This document shows positions 18,607 to 28,622 of a DNA stretch of 64,000 nt, piece after piece (within the stretch, counting starts at the first letter, position 1; every line of letters starts with the position of its first letter). The DNA comes from an uncultured Prolixibacteraceae bacterium (GTDB taxonomy: Bacteria > Bacteroidota > Bacteroidia > Bacteroidales > FEN-979). The stretch is from positions 942 to 64,941 of the forward strand of contig CAYUZX010000003.1 in NCBI GenBank assembly GCA_964449285.1. The letters are read 5' to 3'. A program made the position numbers and the translations under genes. Under the pieces are notes generated by a model. That model saw only the letters and a list, made by a program, of their open reading frames with translations. It ran no database searches and had not been told where the DNA came from.

Positions 18607-20268
18607 TTACCTGCCCAGGTGTATTTTTTTAGAAATATATTCATTCCCAGCGGTCATCCTGAAGATATAAATCCCACCGGCAAGACCACCAATGTCAACT
18701 TGCTGTTCATATTCACCTGGATTGAGCTGGGAATCGACCACTATCTCCGTACATCGGCCAGTAAGGTCATACATTCCGATCCGAACAAAATCATGACCGG
18801 AAATCATGTACCTGATGATCAGGATATCGGTCCTGCAGGCAGGCTCAATTGTAAACCTAATCGTTGGATCGGGAAGGAGTTCGGGAATGGCAATAAGGGA
18901 TGAATCGTGGCACTCATATGCCCCAATATCATTTATCAATGCAAAAGGTCTGGTCCGATTGAGAATATCATTTCCCAGATTCCATTGAGGCACGGCTGAA
19001 GCGGTATTTACAGCCACTGAATTCGGATTGAGATCAAAATTACCACCACTCATATCCACAAACTGTGTTTGATCCAGGATCGGAAAAGTGAAGTTATTTT
19101 GGATGGAAATATTACTGCCCAATGAAACTTCCCTTCCATAATTCATTACGATGTTATTTACGAACAAATTCCCTGTAGTGGTCATACTTCGGAAGTCGAT
19201 CCCATAGTCTTTCGGAGAGATGATGGTATTGTAGGCTAAAATGAACCGACTCCCAGGTGTCGTACTTTGATCTCCCACATAGATTCCATTCATGTATGGA
19301 TACTCCTGGTAATATGTCCTGCCGGCATTGAGAATCAGGTTGTTGTACACCTTATTGCCGCCAAGCCCCAAAACCTGGATTCCATTGCCTTTTCCGTTGA
19401 GGATAAAGTTGTTATAGCAATCGCAAGCACTGCCTTCTCCCATGATGATACCACTCATCTGGTTTAATTCTGCAGATTCGCTGTCGTAAGAGATCTCGTT
19501 ACCATAAATCATACAAGCCGAATCCGATGAGGATACCTGTAGGCCATCCCATCCTGTTCTCGTTAAGCGGTTATTGTAAATTTTTAATCCCCGGATCAGG
19601 TGTGGAAGGAGTATCGTATCTACCCCTCCACACTGGGTTGGAAAGCCAGTGTAAAATGAACTTCCGATATAGAATCCCTCCATCCCCGTGTCATGGATGT
19701 AATTATCATGAAGGGAAACATTCCGCATCGTATATTTATCCCGGGTGGATTTGAACTCGCAATCTGGGTCACTTTTACAAAAGACCCCGGCAAAAAGCGT
19801 GTTGGAGATCTCGATCCCTTCAACTTCAATGTCTGTACTCAGCCCTTCAATACTCATCCCAGCTCCGGTATCGATATCGTGGACATTGATGCCATAGGGG
19901 AAAGATCCGACGCCTTTCCCTGAGAGTTTAATATACGAACAGGAATCGATTTTAATGCCATAGTAAAACTGGCTGATTTCAACAACTCCGAGGATATTGA
20001 TGACCACAATGGGCTCTTCTGGTGTGCCGTGGAGATAGACGATCCGAAGGTAGGATTTCTGTCCGGGTAACAAACAGATTGTATCCCCGGGTTGAACCCC
20101 GGAGGCGTTGTAACGACCGTCAATGTTGCTTTCTGATGGAGGGATCAGCAATCCGCAGTTTGGTGTTTGTCCTGTAACTGAATGGAATGAGAGAATAGAC
20201 AACCCTAACATTGGAATCAGCAGGATGATATTTTTTAATCGGATTTTCATAATCTCAGTTTTTATCAA
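18607..20268 (-). CDS. Right-handed parallel beta-helix repeat protein with T9SS type A CTD
   Basis: Signal peptide. Repeated N-x-I/V beta-helix rungs (NNRLT, GNEIS, YNNFIL, YNNLIL, NNIVMN). The C-terminus GGIYIFRMTAGNEYISKKIHL is CTD-like. Confidence 0.7.
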   Translation of the reverse strand: MIKTEIMKIRLKNIILLIPMLGLSILSFHSVTGQTPNCGLLIPPSESNIDGRYNASGVQPGDTICLLPGQKSYLRIVYLHGTPEEPIVVINILGVVEISQFYYGIKIDSCSYIKLSGKGVGSFPYGINVHDIDTGAGMSIEGLSTDIEVEGIEISNTLFAGVFCKSDPDCEFKSTRDKYTMRNVSLHDNYIHDTGMEGFYIGSSFYTGFPTQCGGVDTILLPHLIRGLKIYNNRLTRTGWDGLQVSSSDSACMIYGNEISYDSESAELNQMSGIIMGEGSACDCYNNFILNGKGNGIQVLGLGGNKVYNNLILNAGRTYYQEYPYMNGIYVGDQSTTPGSRFILAYNTIISPKDYGIDFRSMTTTGNLFVNNIVMNYGREVSLGSNISIQNNFTFPILDQTQFVDMSGGNFDLNPNSVAVNTASAVPQWNLGNDILNRTRPFALINDIGAYECHDSSLIAIPELLPDPTIRFTIEPACRTDILIIRYMISGHDFVRIGMYDLTGRCTEIVVDSQLNPGEYEQQVDIGGLAGGIYIFRMTAGNEYISKKIHLGR

Positions 20269-21450
20269 TTATCCCCGTTTTGCCCGTTCCCAATTCACTG
20301 ATTGTTGCCTTTTAATGTATCTGAAGAATCCAAGATATACCGCCAGATTCATAATGAAAAAGTAGAATGGGATATAGAGTAGCTTAATTTTTATATTTCT
20401 GTCTTCCAACAGCCACCCGGCAAGGGCAGCAACATAGAACACAAGCTGACCCCAGAAGAGATAGGGATAAATGCTTCCGAAGTGAAAGAACCCGGAGTGC
20501 ATGACCAGGAAAAAATTGCAAACCAGGATGATAAGAAGCCCGATAGGAGCTAGCGTCCAACGTAATACACGGTGAGATATGTATTGGAACGAGAGGAGGC
20601 CGTAACGGAATGGGTTGAGCAGCTCTTTTAGCCGGACTATAGACTGGATTCCACCAGCAGAGATCCGGATCTTGCGTTTCAGCTCTTCCCTGACATTGGC
20701 TGAAGGGCTCTCAAGGGCATAGGCTTCAGGATCGTATTGGATCTTGTATCCCTGCTCGGCAATACGCAGCGAAATGATAAAATCGTCCAGAAGCGTGTCG
20801 GGTTCAACCGGTTCGTGTAGCTCAGTACGCACTGCAAACAGCTCTCCTGCAGCGCCAACAACACTATTGAGCTCTGCATCCCACTTTTTAAGGGTGCTCT
20901 CATATTTCCAATAAATGCCTTCTGTGGCAGCTGTTGAACCAGTGATGGCAACCCGCTTTTCTCCCGACACACAACCTACCATTGGATCCTTGAAAAGGTT
21001 TACGATCCTGCGGATTGACTCCTTTCCCAACATGGTGTTGCCATCAGAAAAGATGACGATCGGGGTTTTCACAAACTCCATTCCACGGTTCATAGCAGCA
21101 ATTTTTCCGGCTCTCTGCGGCTTGTGATAGACCTCCACACCTTGAAGCTTTCTTAGAAGGTCTGGAGTCCCATCATCGGAACCATCTGTTACCCAGATCT
21201 GATGAACCTTTCCCTTCGGATAATCGAGAGATCTTGAATTTTCTACTTTTTTATCCAGGAAATCCTTTTCATTGTATGCAGCGACAAACAGGGTAACCTC
21301 AGGTTCATATACCTCCTCCGTTGAAGGTTTGTCTTTCCCTTTAAACAATCGTTTCATATGGATCAGGAAAAAAAGTAAGATACCATAACCCAGATAAGCA
21401 TAGAAGATGATGAAAAGAAAAACCCAGAAAATAATTTCCAGAGTCAGCAT
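20269..21450 (-). CDS. Membrane-integrated glycosyltransferase family 2
   Basis: An N-terminal TM helix, a GT-A core (VAAYNE, TDGSDDGT, FSDGNT), then an HRVLRW motif and C-terminal TM helices. Confidence 0.85.
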   Translation of the reverse strand: MLTLEIIFWVFLFIIFYAYLGYGILLFFLIHMKRLFKGKDKPSTEEVYEPEVTLFVAAYNEKDFLDKKVENSRSLDYPKGKVHQIWVTDGSDDGTPDLLRKLQGVEVYHKPQRAGKIAAMNRGMEFVKTPIVIFSDGNTMLGKESIRRIVNLFKDPMVGCVSGEKRVAITGSTAATEGIYWKYESTLKKWDAELNSVVGAAGELFAVRTELHEPVEPDTLLDDFIISLRIAEQGYKIQYDPEAYALESPSANVREELKRKIRISAGGIQSIVRLKELLNPFRYGLLSFQYISHRVLRWTLAPIGLLIILVCNFFLVMHSGFFHFGSIYPYLFWGQLVFYVAALAGWLLEDRNIKIKLLYIPFYFFIMNLAVYLGFFRYIKRQQSVNWERAKRG

Positions 21451-21465
21451 GATGGTTGATTTTTG

Positions 21466-22083
21466 TTACTCCTTAAACTCCCAAATCTTAGTTTCCTTGT
21501 TGTACTTTTTCATGACTTTCGCTGGATTGCCTGCAACAACTGAATAGGCAGGGACATTCTGTCTGACAATACTTCCAGCTGCAACCACAGCATGTTTCTT
21601 TACGGTGACACCTGGCAAAATCACACAATTGGCGCCAATCCACACCTCATCTTCCACAACAATAGGGTTGATTGATACACCCTGTTCAGAGATTGGCATT
21701 GATATATCTGTGTAATTATGGTTTAACCCCGACATCACAATATTCTGAGCAAGCCTTACATCGTTTCCAATCGTTACCGGACCGATCAGTGTACATCCTA
21801 ATCCGATCCGTGTACGGTCTCCAATATAGATATCCCCAACACCATTATTAATGGTGGTAAAATCCTCAATCGTTGAGTCGTCACCCATATAAAATTTATT
21901 AAATGGAAGAATATCCATACGGGTCTGGCTACGAATCAGCGACTTCTTTCCTTTGTGATGGATAAAGGGATTTAATAACCATTTGACCCAGCGCCTTGGC
22001 CTGGCTTGGTTTCTTGGGATCAGCAAATAGAGAAAAAGCGCTTTTAATTTTGGATTGGCTTTGATTTTTTCAATTGTGCTCAT
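21466..22083 (-). CDS. Left-handed beta-helix (hexapeptide repeat) acyl/acetyltransferase
   Basis: Hexapeptide repeats [25 protein letters not shown]...[15 protein letters not shown]. Confidence 0.8.
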   Translation of the reverse strand: MSTIEKIKANPKLKALFLYLLIPRNQARPRRWVKWLLNPFIHHKGKKSLIRSQTRMDILPFNKFYMGDDSTIEDFTTINNGVGDIYIGDRTRIGLGCTLIGPVTIGNDVRLAQNIVMSGLNHNYTDISMPISEQGVSINPIVVEDEVWIGANCVILPGVTVKKHAVVAAGSIVRQNVPAYSVVAGNPAKVMKKYNKETKIWEFKE

Positions 22084-22109
22084 AAACTAATGATTGAAAC
22101 AGGTATTCC

Positions 22110-23948
22110 CTATGTTACTTTTACGCCAATGAAGTCAGAAAGTTTTATAAAAGGCTTGTTATTTATAAACTGATCCCACCAGATAGCAAGAATAAGTAAA
22201 GAAAAGACTTGAAAACAGCGAAACTGATAGTACCAGAACCAAATTTTCTGATCCATGATTTCACAGGAAAACTGATTGAAATATTGTTCCAGCATTTTCT
22301 TGTTTAGAAGTGATTTGGTCATGTCAGATCTGATAATATAATCGAAGATATGCTTCCTTCTCGACTCATTTTGGAAAAAGAGAATCATGGGGGCGAACCC
22401 ACCCTGCTTTTTCCTCCCCACAACTTGAAGTGGTAGTTTCCCCTTGATGCTTTCTTTATAAATGTACTTACTGACACCTTTTCCCTGGAGAATTTCACAC
22501 AGTGAGCCATGCAAGCGGAGTGAGATTGGGAGTTGGGTGATAAATCGGTAGATATCCATATCCAGGAGGGGAAATGCAACTGAATTGCCATAGACTCTGG
22601 AACTACAGGCCGCTTTGTTAATGATTATTTCATTAGTTTGTTGCTGTAAATCAATGAAGTACGTTTTTCCGAGATATAAATCGTTGAAGCCTTTAAAGGG
22701 AAAACTGTTGTGATACATGGATGCATCAGCAGAAGTTCTTTCTGGTTCCTGCAGCAGGAGACGTTGTTCGATGGGCTTAAAACCGAATCTGTCACTGTTT
22801 AATATGTTCAGAATCTTGTCATTGTGATACAGAAATTTAAATAATATGTTCTCTGGTAAAAAAGGCTTGTTTTTAAAAATGGCGTTAAAGCCTTTCTGTA
22901 AAAAGCTGAGACCTGTTTTTCCGGATACAAAGTGAAACGCCAGATCTCTATCCGCTGTGCCAAAAAGTTGGTCATTCCCTTCACCGCAAAGGGTTGTTGG
23001 AACGGGGTGTTTGCTGACCAGCAGCTTCATCAAGCAGAGATTCACCATCAGTCCGCTCTCCTGGAATGGCTCGGTGAAGCCCTTTACGATCTCAGGAAGG
23101 TACTCGATCTCATGACCATCGATTTCATATTCGTAGTGATCCGTTTCATACTGTCTGGCAATCAGGCGTGAATAGGGAAGCTCACTCCATGGATTACCCT
23201 TAAATCCAACGGAAAAGGATTTAATTTTACCTTGGTGGATGTCCCTGAGACGTGCCAGATTACCTCCTGAGTCATATCCGCCACTAAGTAGAACCCCAAC
23301 CTCACTGGCACCAATGATACTTCGCCGGATAGCATTCTTGTGTAACTGAGTGTAGTGATCAACAGCCTCATGTTCAGAAATGTTGAGGTTCCCGAGAGAG
23401 GTTGTGAAATCACTAAATGGAAACGCATTGGTGAGGGAGCAATTCCCCTCTCTACAAGCCAGGTAATAACCCGGAGGAATCTTTGAAATCCCATCAAATG
23501 CTGTATGGGGTGAGGGGATATATCCGTGTTCCAGATAGAATGATATAGATCGCAGATCAGGTTGCAGGCTGGAGTGCAACGTTTCCCTTAACCCATCGAT
23601 GTGGTTAGAAAAGTGGGTTTGAGAATAATAAACAGGTAATCCACCTCCGTTTTTATCCCGGAAGAGGATTATGGTGGAGGGAGTATAGTAGATACCTGTA
23701 ATATTCCCATCAAGATGAGGGAGAATTTCTTCAACCGGATGTTTGAGGAAGATATCAAGGAGAGGTGTTGTACCTTGAGAATCCATATTGAATATTTTGC
23801 ACATAGTGTTCATATTCAATATATTACCACTAATAATCAACCCCGATGCACCTTTGAAAACATGTTTGCAGGATGGATCAACAAACAGGTTTGGGACACG
23901 AGCAAACTGGCTACCTTCCGCGAAGCTACCTTGAAAGCAGATACTCAT
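22110..23948 (-). CDS. Asparagine synthase (AsnB)-family amidotransferase-like protein
   Basis: PP-loop LLSGGYDSG. A GATase-II-like segment LFRDKNGGGLPVYY. The N-terminus is MSIC rather than MCG. Confidence 0.75.
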   Translation of the reverse strand: MSICFQGSFAEGSQFARVPNLFVDPSCKHVFKGASGLIISGNILNMNTMCKIFNMDSQGTTPLLDIFLKHPVEEILPHLDGNITGIYYTPSTIILFRDKNGGGLPVYYSQTHFSNHIDGLRETLHSSLQPDLRSISFYLEHGYIPSPHTAFDGISKIPPGYYLACREGNCSLTNAFPFSDFTTSLGNLNISEHEAVDHYTQLHKNAIRRSIIGASEVGVLLSGGYDSGGNLARLRDIHQGKIKSFSVGFKGNPWSELPYSRLIARQYETDHYEYEIDGHEIEYLPEIVKGFTEPFQESGLMVNLCLMKLLVSKHPVPTTLCGEGNDQLFGTADRDLAFHFVSGKTGLSFLQKGFNAIFKNKPFLPENILFKFLYHNDKILNILNSDRFGFKPIEQRLLLQEPERTSADASMYHNSFPFKGFNDLYLGKTYFIDLQQQTNEIIINKAACSSRVYGNSVAFPLLDMDIYRFITQLPISLRLHGSLCEILQGKGVSKYIYKESIKGKLPLQVVGRKKQGGFAPMILFFQNESRRKHIFDYIIRSDMTKSLLNKKMLEQYFNQFSCEIMDQKIWFWYYQFRCFQVFSLLILAIWWDQFINNKPFIKLSDFIGVKVT

Positions 23949-23985
23949 AGAAGTTACTTCATTAAAAGATTATTATGACTGAATG

Positions 23986-25194
23986 TCAGATAGATATGGT
24001 TCTATCGAGCGCTTTCCCAATCTCGACTACGTTATTTTCCCAAGTGTGAGCCCGTGAAAATAACTCCCGTTCCTTGATTCTTTCAGGTGTATCAGCCGCC
24101 AGTTCTTTCTGGATCATCTCCACATAATCTTCTGCTGTTGTGGCTAGGGAAACATGATCGGCAAAGACCGACATTGCTTCGGTTTTAGTAGCCACAACCG
24201 GTTTCCCCATCGCCAGATATTCATCAATCTTACGGGGGTAGTTGCCAATGGTGACTTCGTTCAAGATCTGCGGGTTGAGCGCTACATTGAAATTGGCCAG
24301 GTAAAACGGAAGTTCAGGTTCAGTTTTATTCCCGAGGAAATAGACGTTTTTTAGCTGGTGCAGGTCACTGGCCTTGAAGTTTTCATCTTCAGGACCAACC
24401 AGAACCATGTTCCAGCCAGGACGCTCTTTTGCAATGTGAAGCAGCACACTGATATCCAGACGAAGCGTCTTCAGCGCTCCAATGTACCCGATGATGGGTT
24501 TTTTCTGATCGATTATCGGTTGCATGTCATCCGGAATTCTGTCAATTAGCTTATAGTCGAAAAGGGAGACATCGCAACCCTGACCGACATAATAGGAGTG
24601 CGGATTGAAGGCTTCTGCCAACTTGGCCAGGTATGTAGAGTTTGCAACCACTACATCAGCATTTTTCATCATGGCTGCTTCGACACGAATCCCCTGGGTT
24701 TTCCAGTAATCCACGGCAATCATATTGTCTCGTGTATAGTAGATGAAAGCACTGGCATGGAGGAACTCCTTCAGGTGAAAGCTGCGAAACATATCACTGT
24801 CGCAAAAGATGATGTAATCTTTGAAACCAAGGCGAGAAACAGCCGACAGGATTTGCTTTGCCATCCGTCGGTTATTGATCCTGTTCAGCCAGTCGAAAAA
24901 TTTATCGGACCCTATTTGGTTGATTGATTCGAGGATGGTTCTTGGATAAAGGTTCCATAGGTTGGGTCCAAGTTCAATAAGATCGGGTTCAGCTCCATTC
25001 AGGATTCGTTTTCGTCTCAGGATTTTGGGATCATTTTTCCTGCGGAGCAGTGTCATCCTGTCAAGAGCCGCATTAACGTATAGGACCCGGTTATTTTTAG
25101 AAAACTCCAGGGCAATATTCTTACAATTGCTTCCAATGTCGATATCCCATGGCTGGAGACCGGTTACAATAATGTCTTTACCCTTGATAAGCAT
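23986..25194 (-). CDS. Glycosyltransferase family 1 (GT-B; TuaH-like)
   Basis: 402 aa. C-terminal GT-B motif NYPRKIDEYLAMGKPVVAT. Confidence 0.7.
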   Translation of the reverse strand: MLIKGKDIIVTGLQPWDIDIGSNCKNIALEFSKNNRVLYVNAALDRMTLLRRKNDPKILRRKRILNGAEPDLIELGPNLWNLYPRTILESINQIGSDKFFDWLNRINNRRMAKQILSAVSRLGFKDYIIFCDSDMFRSFHLKEFLHASAFIYYTRDNMIAVDYWKTQGIRVEAAMMKNADVVVANSTYLAKLAEAFNPHSYYVGQGCDVSLFDYKLIDRIPDDMQPIIDQKKPIIGYIGALKTLRLDISVLLHIAKERPGWNMVLVGPEDENFKASDLHQLKNVYFLGNKTEPELPFYLANFNVALNPQILNEVTIGNYPRKIDEYLAMGKPVVATKTEAMSVFADHVSLATTAEDYVEMIQKELAADTPERIKERELFSRAHTWENNVVEIGKALDRTISI

Positions 25195-25200
25195 ATGTCG

Positions 25201-26346
25201 CTAGGTTTTAGTTTCTGTTAAAACTTCCTGGTATAACCCTATGACCTGTTTTGCCATCTTCTGCCAGGAAAATTTCTGTGATTGCTGAAGCCCTTTTTCG
25301 ATATGAGACTGACGGAGCTCAGGATGGGCAATCATGTCCTGGATTGCGGCCGCAATTGTCTCCGGTTGTGTGGGATCAACCAGATAAGCAGCATCACCGG
25401 CAACTTCTGGCATTGCAAATACATTTGATGAAACTACTGGAGTATAGCAGCACATAGCTTCCAGCAACGGGATTCCGAAACTCTCCCTGAGTGACGGGTA
25501 GAGAAATACCTCTGCCATGGTATAGATAGCAGGCAGATCGTCGTTTACCACATAATCAAGGCGATGGATATAATCACGTACATCCATCCTGCCCATATGG
25601 TGCAGTAGATGGTTGATTAGCATGTCCGGATAATCCGCCAGAACCAGGGGAATCTTTTGTTCGCACGCATCCAGGAACTGGGTATAGGCAACAATCACCC
25701 TTTCGGTGTTTTTCTTAGGATCGGTATTTCCCAGATGTAAAAGGTACCGGTCTGGCAAACCATATTCCTGCTTTACCCTGTTTCTATCCTGCTCCGATAC
25801 CGGTTTGCGAAACTTCTCACTGACCCCGTTGTGGATGACTCTCACCTTTTTCTCATCCATCTGGAAGAAATCAACAATCCTCGATTTCTCCGATTTGGAG
25901 ACTGTGATGATTCTTTTTGCTTTCCTAACAAGGGGAGGAACAATGTACCGACGGTACGCATTCCCGAATCGCTGATAGAGGGAATAGCTTTTCGTGAAGA
26001 GACTAAATGTCTCCAGGAAAAATATATCATGTAGCGTAAGGACCAGCGGAGTTGGTCCAAAATTTGGGGCAGTATTGCTGGTGCAATGAATAAGTTCACA
26101 CCCATAGGATTTCACTGCTTTAGGAAGGGCAATCTGCTCCCACAAGGGAAAAGGGCCTCCCTCAAGTTCAATGATTTTAACATTATCTGTCGAATCAAGG
26201 CACGTGTCGTCTCCCGGTTTTATAAATACAAAATACTCATTCTCCTTATCCATGGCCTGAATGTTCCTTATGAGTTCAAGGGCAACAAAATCCATCCCAT
26301 GCTTTTTTGCCCTGAATAATCGCTGTCCTTCAATTCCAATCCTCAT
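25201..26346 (-). CDS. Glycosyltransferase family 1/4 (GT-B)
   Basis: EX7E region PSLRESFGIPLLEAMCCYTPVV. Confidence 0.85.
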   Translation of the reverse strand: MRIGIEGQRLFRAKKHGMDFVALELIRNIQAMDKENEYFVFIKPGDDTCLDSTDNVKIIELEGGPFPLWEQIALPKAVKSYGCELIHCTSNTAPNFGPTPLVLTLHDIFFLETFSLFTKSYSLYQRFGNAYRRYIVPPLVRKAKRIITVSKSEKSRIVDFFQMDEKKVRVIHNGVSEKFRKPVSEQDRNRVKQEYGLPDRYLLHLGNTDPKKNTERVIVAYTQFLDACEQKIPLVLADYPDMLINHLLHHMGRMDVRDYIHRLDYVVNDDLPAIYTMAEVFLYPSLRESFGIPLLEAMCCYTPVVSSNVFAMPEVAGDAAYLVDPTQPETIAAAIQDMIAHPELRQSHIEKGLQQSQKFSWQKMAKQVIGLYQEVLTETKT

Positions 26347-26357
26347 AGAATCACTTA

Positions 26358-27617
26358 TTATTTAGTGTTTTGCGTCTCCATTTTGGAAGCTTTATGCGCA
26401 GTGTGAATAAACCGTTTGTTAGCTCCCCGAGAACTTATCAGGGAAAAGAACATGAATATGAATCCTTTCGGAACCGCAGCCAATGCAACAAGCAGGCTTT
26501 TATTGTAAGATTTTTTTGGAATAGCAAGAAAGATCGCTAGAATCATCACAGCCGTCAGTATTAACCATGACAATGTCATCCAGGGGGGATTCCAGATAAA
26601 GGATAAGGCGGAAAAGATGGGAAGTAACCCGATAAGGAGAATTCGGGGAGGAAGAAGCATCTGGGTCGCTTTATCGAGGTAGTCGAAGTTCTGATAACGG
26701 ATATAATAGGACAATGCTTTCGGAAAAAAGGAGGCGTAGTATATCTGTGCTGATAACCACCTACGCCGCTGTTTGACAAATACATCCGACTCCTGCACCT
26801 TTTCATCATAAACGAAACACTTATCGAGGTACTCTATTTTCACTCCATCTTTGGTCATAATCAGTTCAATCTCTTTGTCAAAACCTCCAATAGCGTTTAC
26901 AGTCGACATCATGTTCTTAAAGAAATCGTACTGAAACGCCATACCGGAACCGGCTAGCCCTGATGAAACTCCCAGCCGTTTATGTCCTTTGCGGAATATA
27001 CTGTTGGAAATTTCTTCACTGATGGAGTCGAGGATGGCAAAGGCGGTATCTTTATTTTTTGCAACCCGGTGTCCCTGGACGGCAATATACCCATTGTTAA
27101 ACGACTGGTTGATCCGGGTCAGGAAATCAGTCGCCATGATGTTATCTGCATCCAGGATCAAAGCGATATCATACAGGCCGCCTGGAAGCGTCGCCATAGC
27201 TTTATTGAGAGCTTTTGCTTTCGTGCTTTTATCGAAGGAGACTTCAATGAGAGTAATCGGCATAGTGGAGAGTTTCTCCAGAGTTTCCTTAGAAAAGGAA
27301 TCTGCTATGATGATAACATCAAAAAGCTCCTTCGGATAATCTTGGTTGAAAGCCTCCTTCGCAGTCTCTAAGATAACAGCATCTTCTTTATACCCGGGGA
27401 CCATAACAGCAATCCTGTTTTGCTTCACAAGTGTTGAAGACTTTGGTAAATAGGGGAAAACCGAAGCTACGGCAAAGACGAAAATATAGATGGTGCCGAA
27501 AGCAAGATAAACCATGATAAGCAGCTGAACTACGATCAATATATAATAGAGGATGGTCTCGATCATAATGGTCCCAATCTGTTGTTGATGTTTCTTGTCA
27601 TATGCAAATATAGTCAA
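26358..27617 (-). CDS. Membrane-integrated processive-type glycosyltransferase family 2
   Basis: Flanking TM helices, DAD (LILDADN) and a QRRRW motif, as in cellulose/chitin/hyaluronan synthase-like GT2 enzymes. Confidence 0.85.
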   Translation of the reverse strand: MTIFAYDKKHQQQIGTIMIETILYYILIVVQLLIMVYLAFGTIYIFVFAVASVFPYLPKSSTLVKQNRIAVMVPGYKEDAVILETAKEAFNQDYPKELFDVIIIADSFSKETLEKLSTMPITLIEVSFDKSTKAKALNKAMATLPGGLYDIALILDADNIMATDFLTRINQSFNNGYIAVQGHRVAKNKDTAFAILDSISEEISNSIFRKGHKRLGVSSGLAGSGMAFQYDFFKNMMSTVNAIGGFDKEIELIMTKDGVKIEYLDKCFVYDEKVQESDVFVKQRRRWLSAQIYYASFFPKALSYYIRYQNFDYLDKATQMLLPPRILLIGLLPIFSALSFIWNPPWMTLSWLILTAVMILAIFLAIPKKSYNKSLLVALAAVPKGFIFMFFSLISSRGANKRFIHTAHKASKMETQNTK

Positions 27618-27622
27618 CTTTG

Positions 27623-28579
27623 TTAGGTTTCCTCACCATATTCATCCATGGAAGGGCTCGAATGGATGGATGTGTCGGAAAGAGTCTTGATTTGCCAGCC
27701 GATCGCCTTCATGTAAGCAACAAAGAGGTCGAACCGGCGCTGAAAAAGAAATTTCAATGAATTTTTCGGAATGGAAAAAAATACCTGAAACAACACGGCA
27801 ACAATACCTTTGAAACCACTCACATTTCTCCTCATGTAAAGCATACGGCTGCGATTCAGGTAATATGTTTTTTGAGGACTGTGCTTGCCAGTGGAGATTG
27901 ACTCCTTGTGAAGGATCTCGGAATTGTGGACGTACCAAATCTTGTAGCCGGCTTTCCTGATCCGGTATCCCAGGTCTAGCTCTTCATAGTAGAGGAAATA
28001 TGTTGTACACATGAGGCCAACCTTTTCCAGAACTTTGCGCGAGATCATCATAGCTGCTCCATGGGAATAGGCAGTGATAATATCTTCTTCAAACTGTCCC
28101 TCATCCATCTTGTAAAGAGCACGGGAGTAACTTCGGCCAGTATAGGGGTTGATCTCCGTGATACCTGTATACTGAAGCATCCCAGGGTGGAAAAAGAGCT
28201 TTATTTTCGGACTCACCGCACCAATCATTGGATCCGATTCCATCTTTGCGACCAATGGTTCGAGGAATCCCTGGGGAACGATGGTGTCGTTGTTGAGCAG
28301 GAGAATATATTTCCCTTTAGATTTAATGATCCCCAGGTTGTTTGCGCCTGCAAACCCGAGATTTTTACCGGTTTCAAAATAGGTAATCTGCGGATATTGC
28401 TCCTTAATTATACCGGGACTGTCATCCGGAGATCCATTATCAATGACAACCACCTCGATGTTTGGGTAAGATATTTGAAACAGTGATTCCAGCATCTGAC
28501 AGGTAACATCAGAATGGTTATAGTTGACCGTGATGATTGATACAAGCGGATATGATGCTGTGAATGATACTGGCTCCAT
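27623..28579 (-). CDS. Glycosyltransferase family 2 (RfbF-like), paralogue 1 of 3
   Basis: VSIITVNYNH...VVIDNGSPDDSP...GFAGANNLG...LLLNNDTIV...YYEELDLGYR. Confidence 0.9.
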   Translation of the reverse strand: MEPVSFTASYPLVSIITVNYNHSDVTCQMLESLFQISYPNIEVVVIDNGSPDDSPGIIKEQYPQITYFETGKNLGFAGANNLGIIKSKGKYILLLNNDTIVPQGFLEPLVAKMESDPMIGAVSPKIKLFFHPGMLQYTGITEINPYTGRSYSRALYKMDEGQFEEDIITAYSHGAAMMISRKVLEKVGLMCTTYFLYYEELDLGYRIRKAGYKIWYVHNSEILHKESISTGKHSPQKTYYLNRSRMLYMRRNVSGFKGIVAVLFQVFFSIPKNSLKFLFQRRFDLFVAYMKAIGWQIKTLSDTSIHSSPSMDEYGEET

Positions 28580-28622
28580 ACCTATTTGGGATTTGATTGT
28601 TGGATTTTATCTTGTAATTTCA

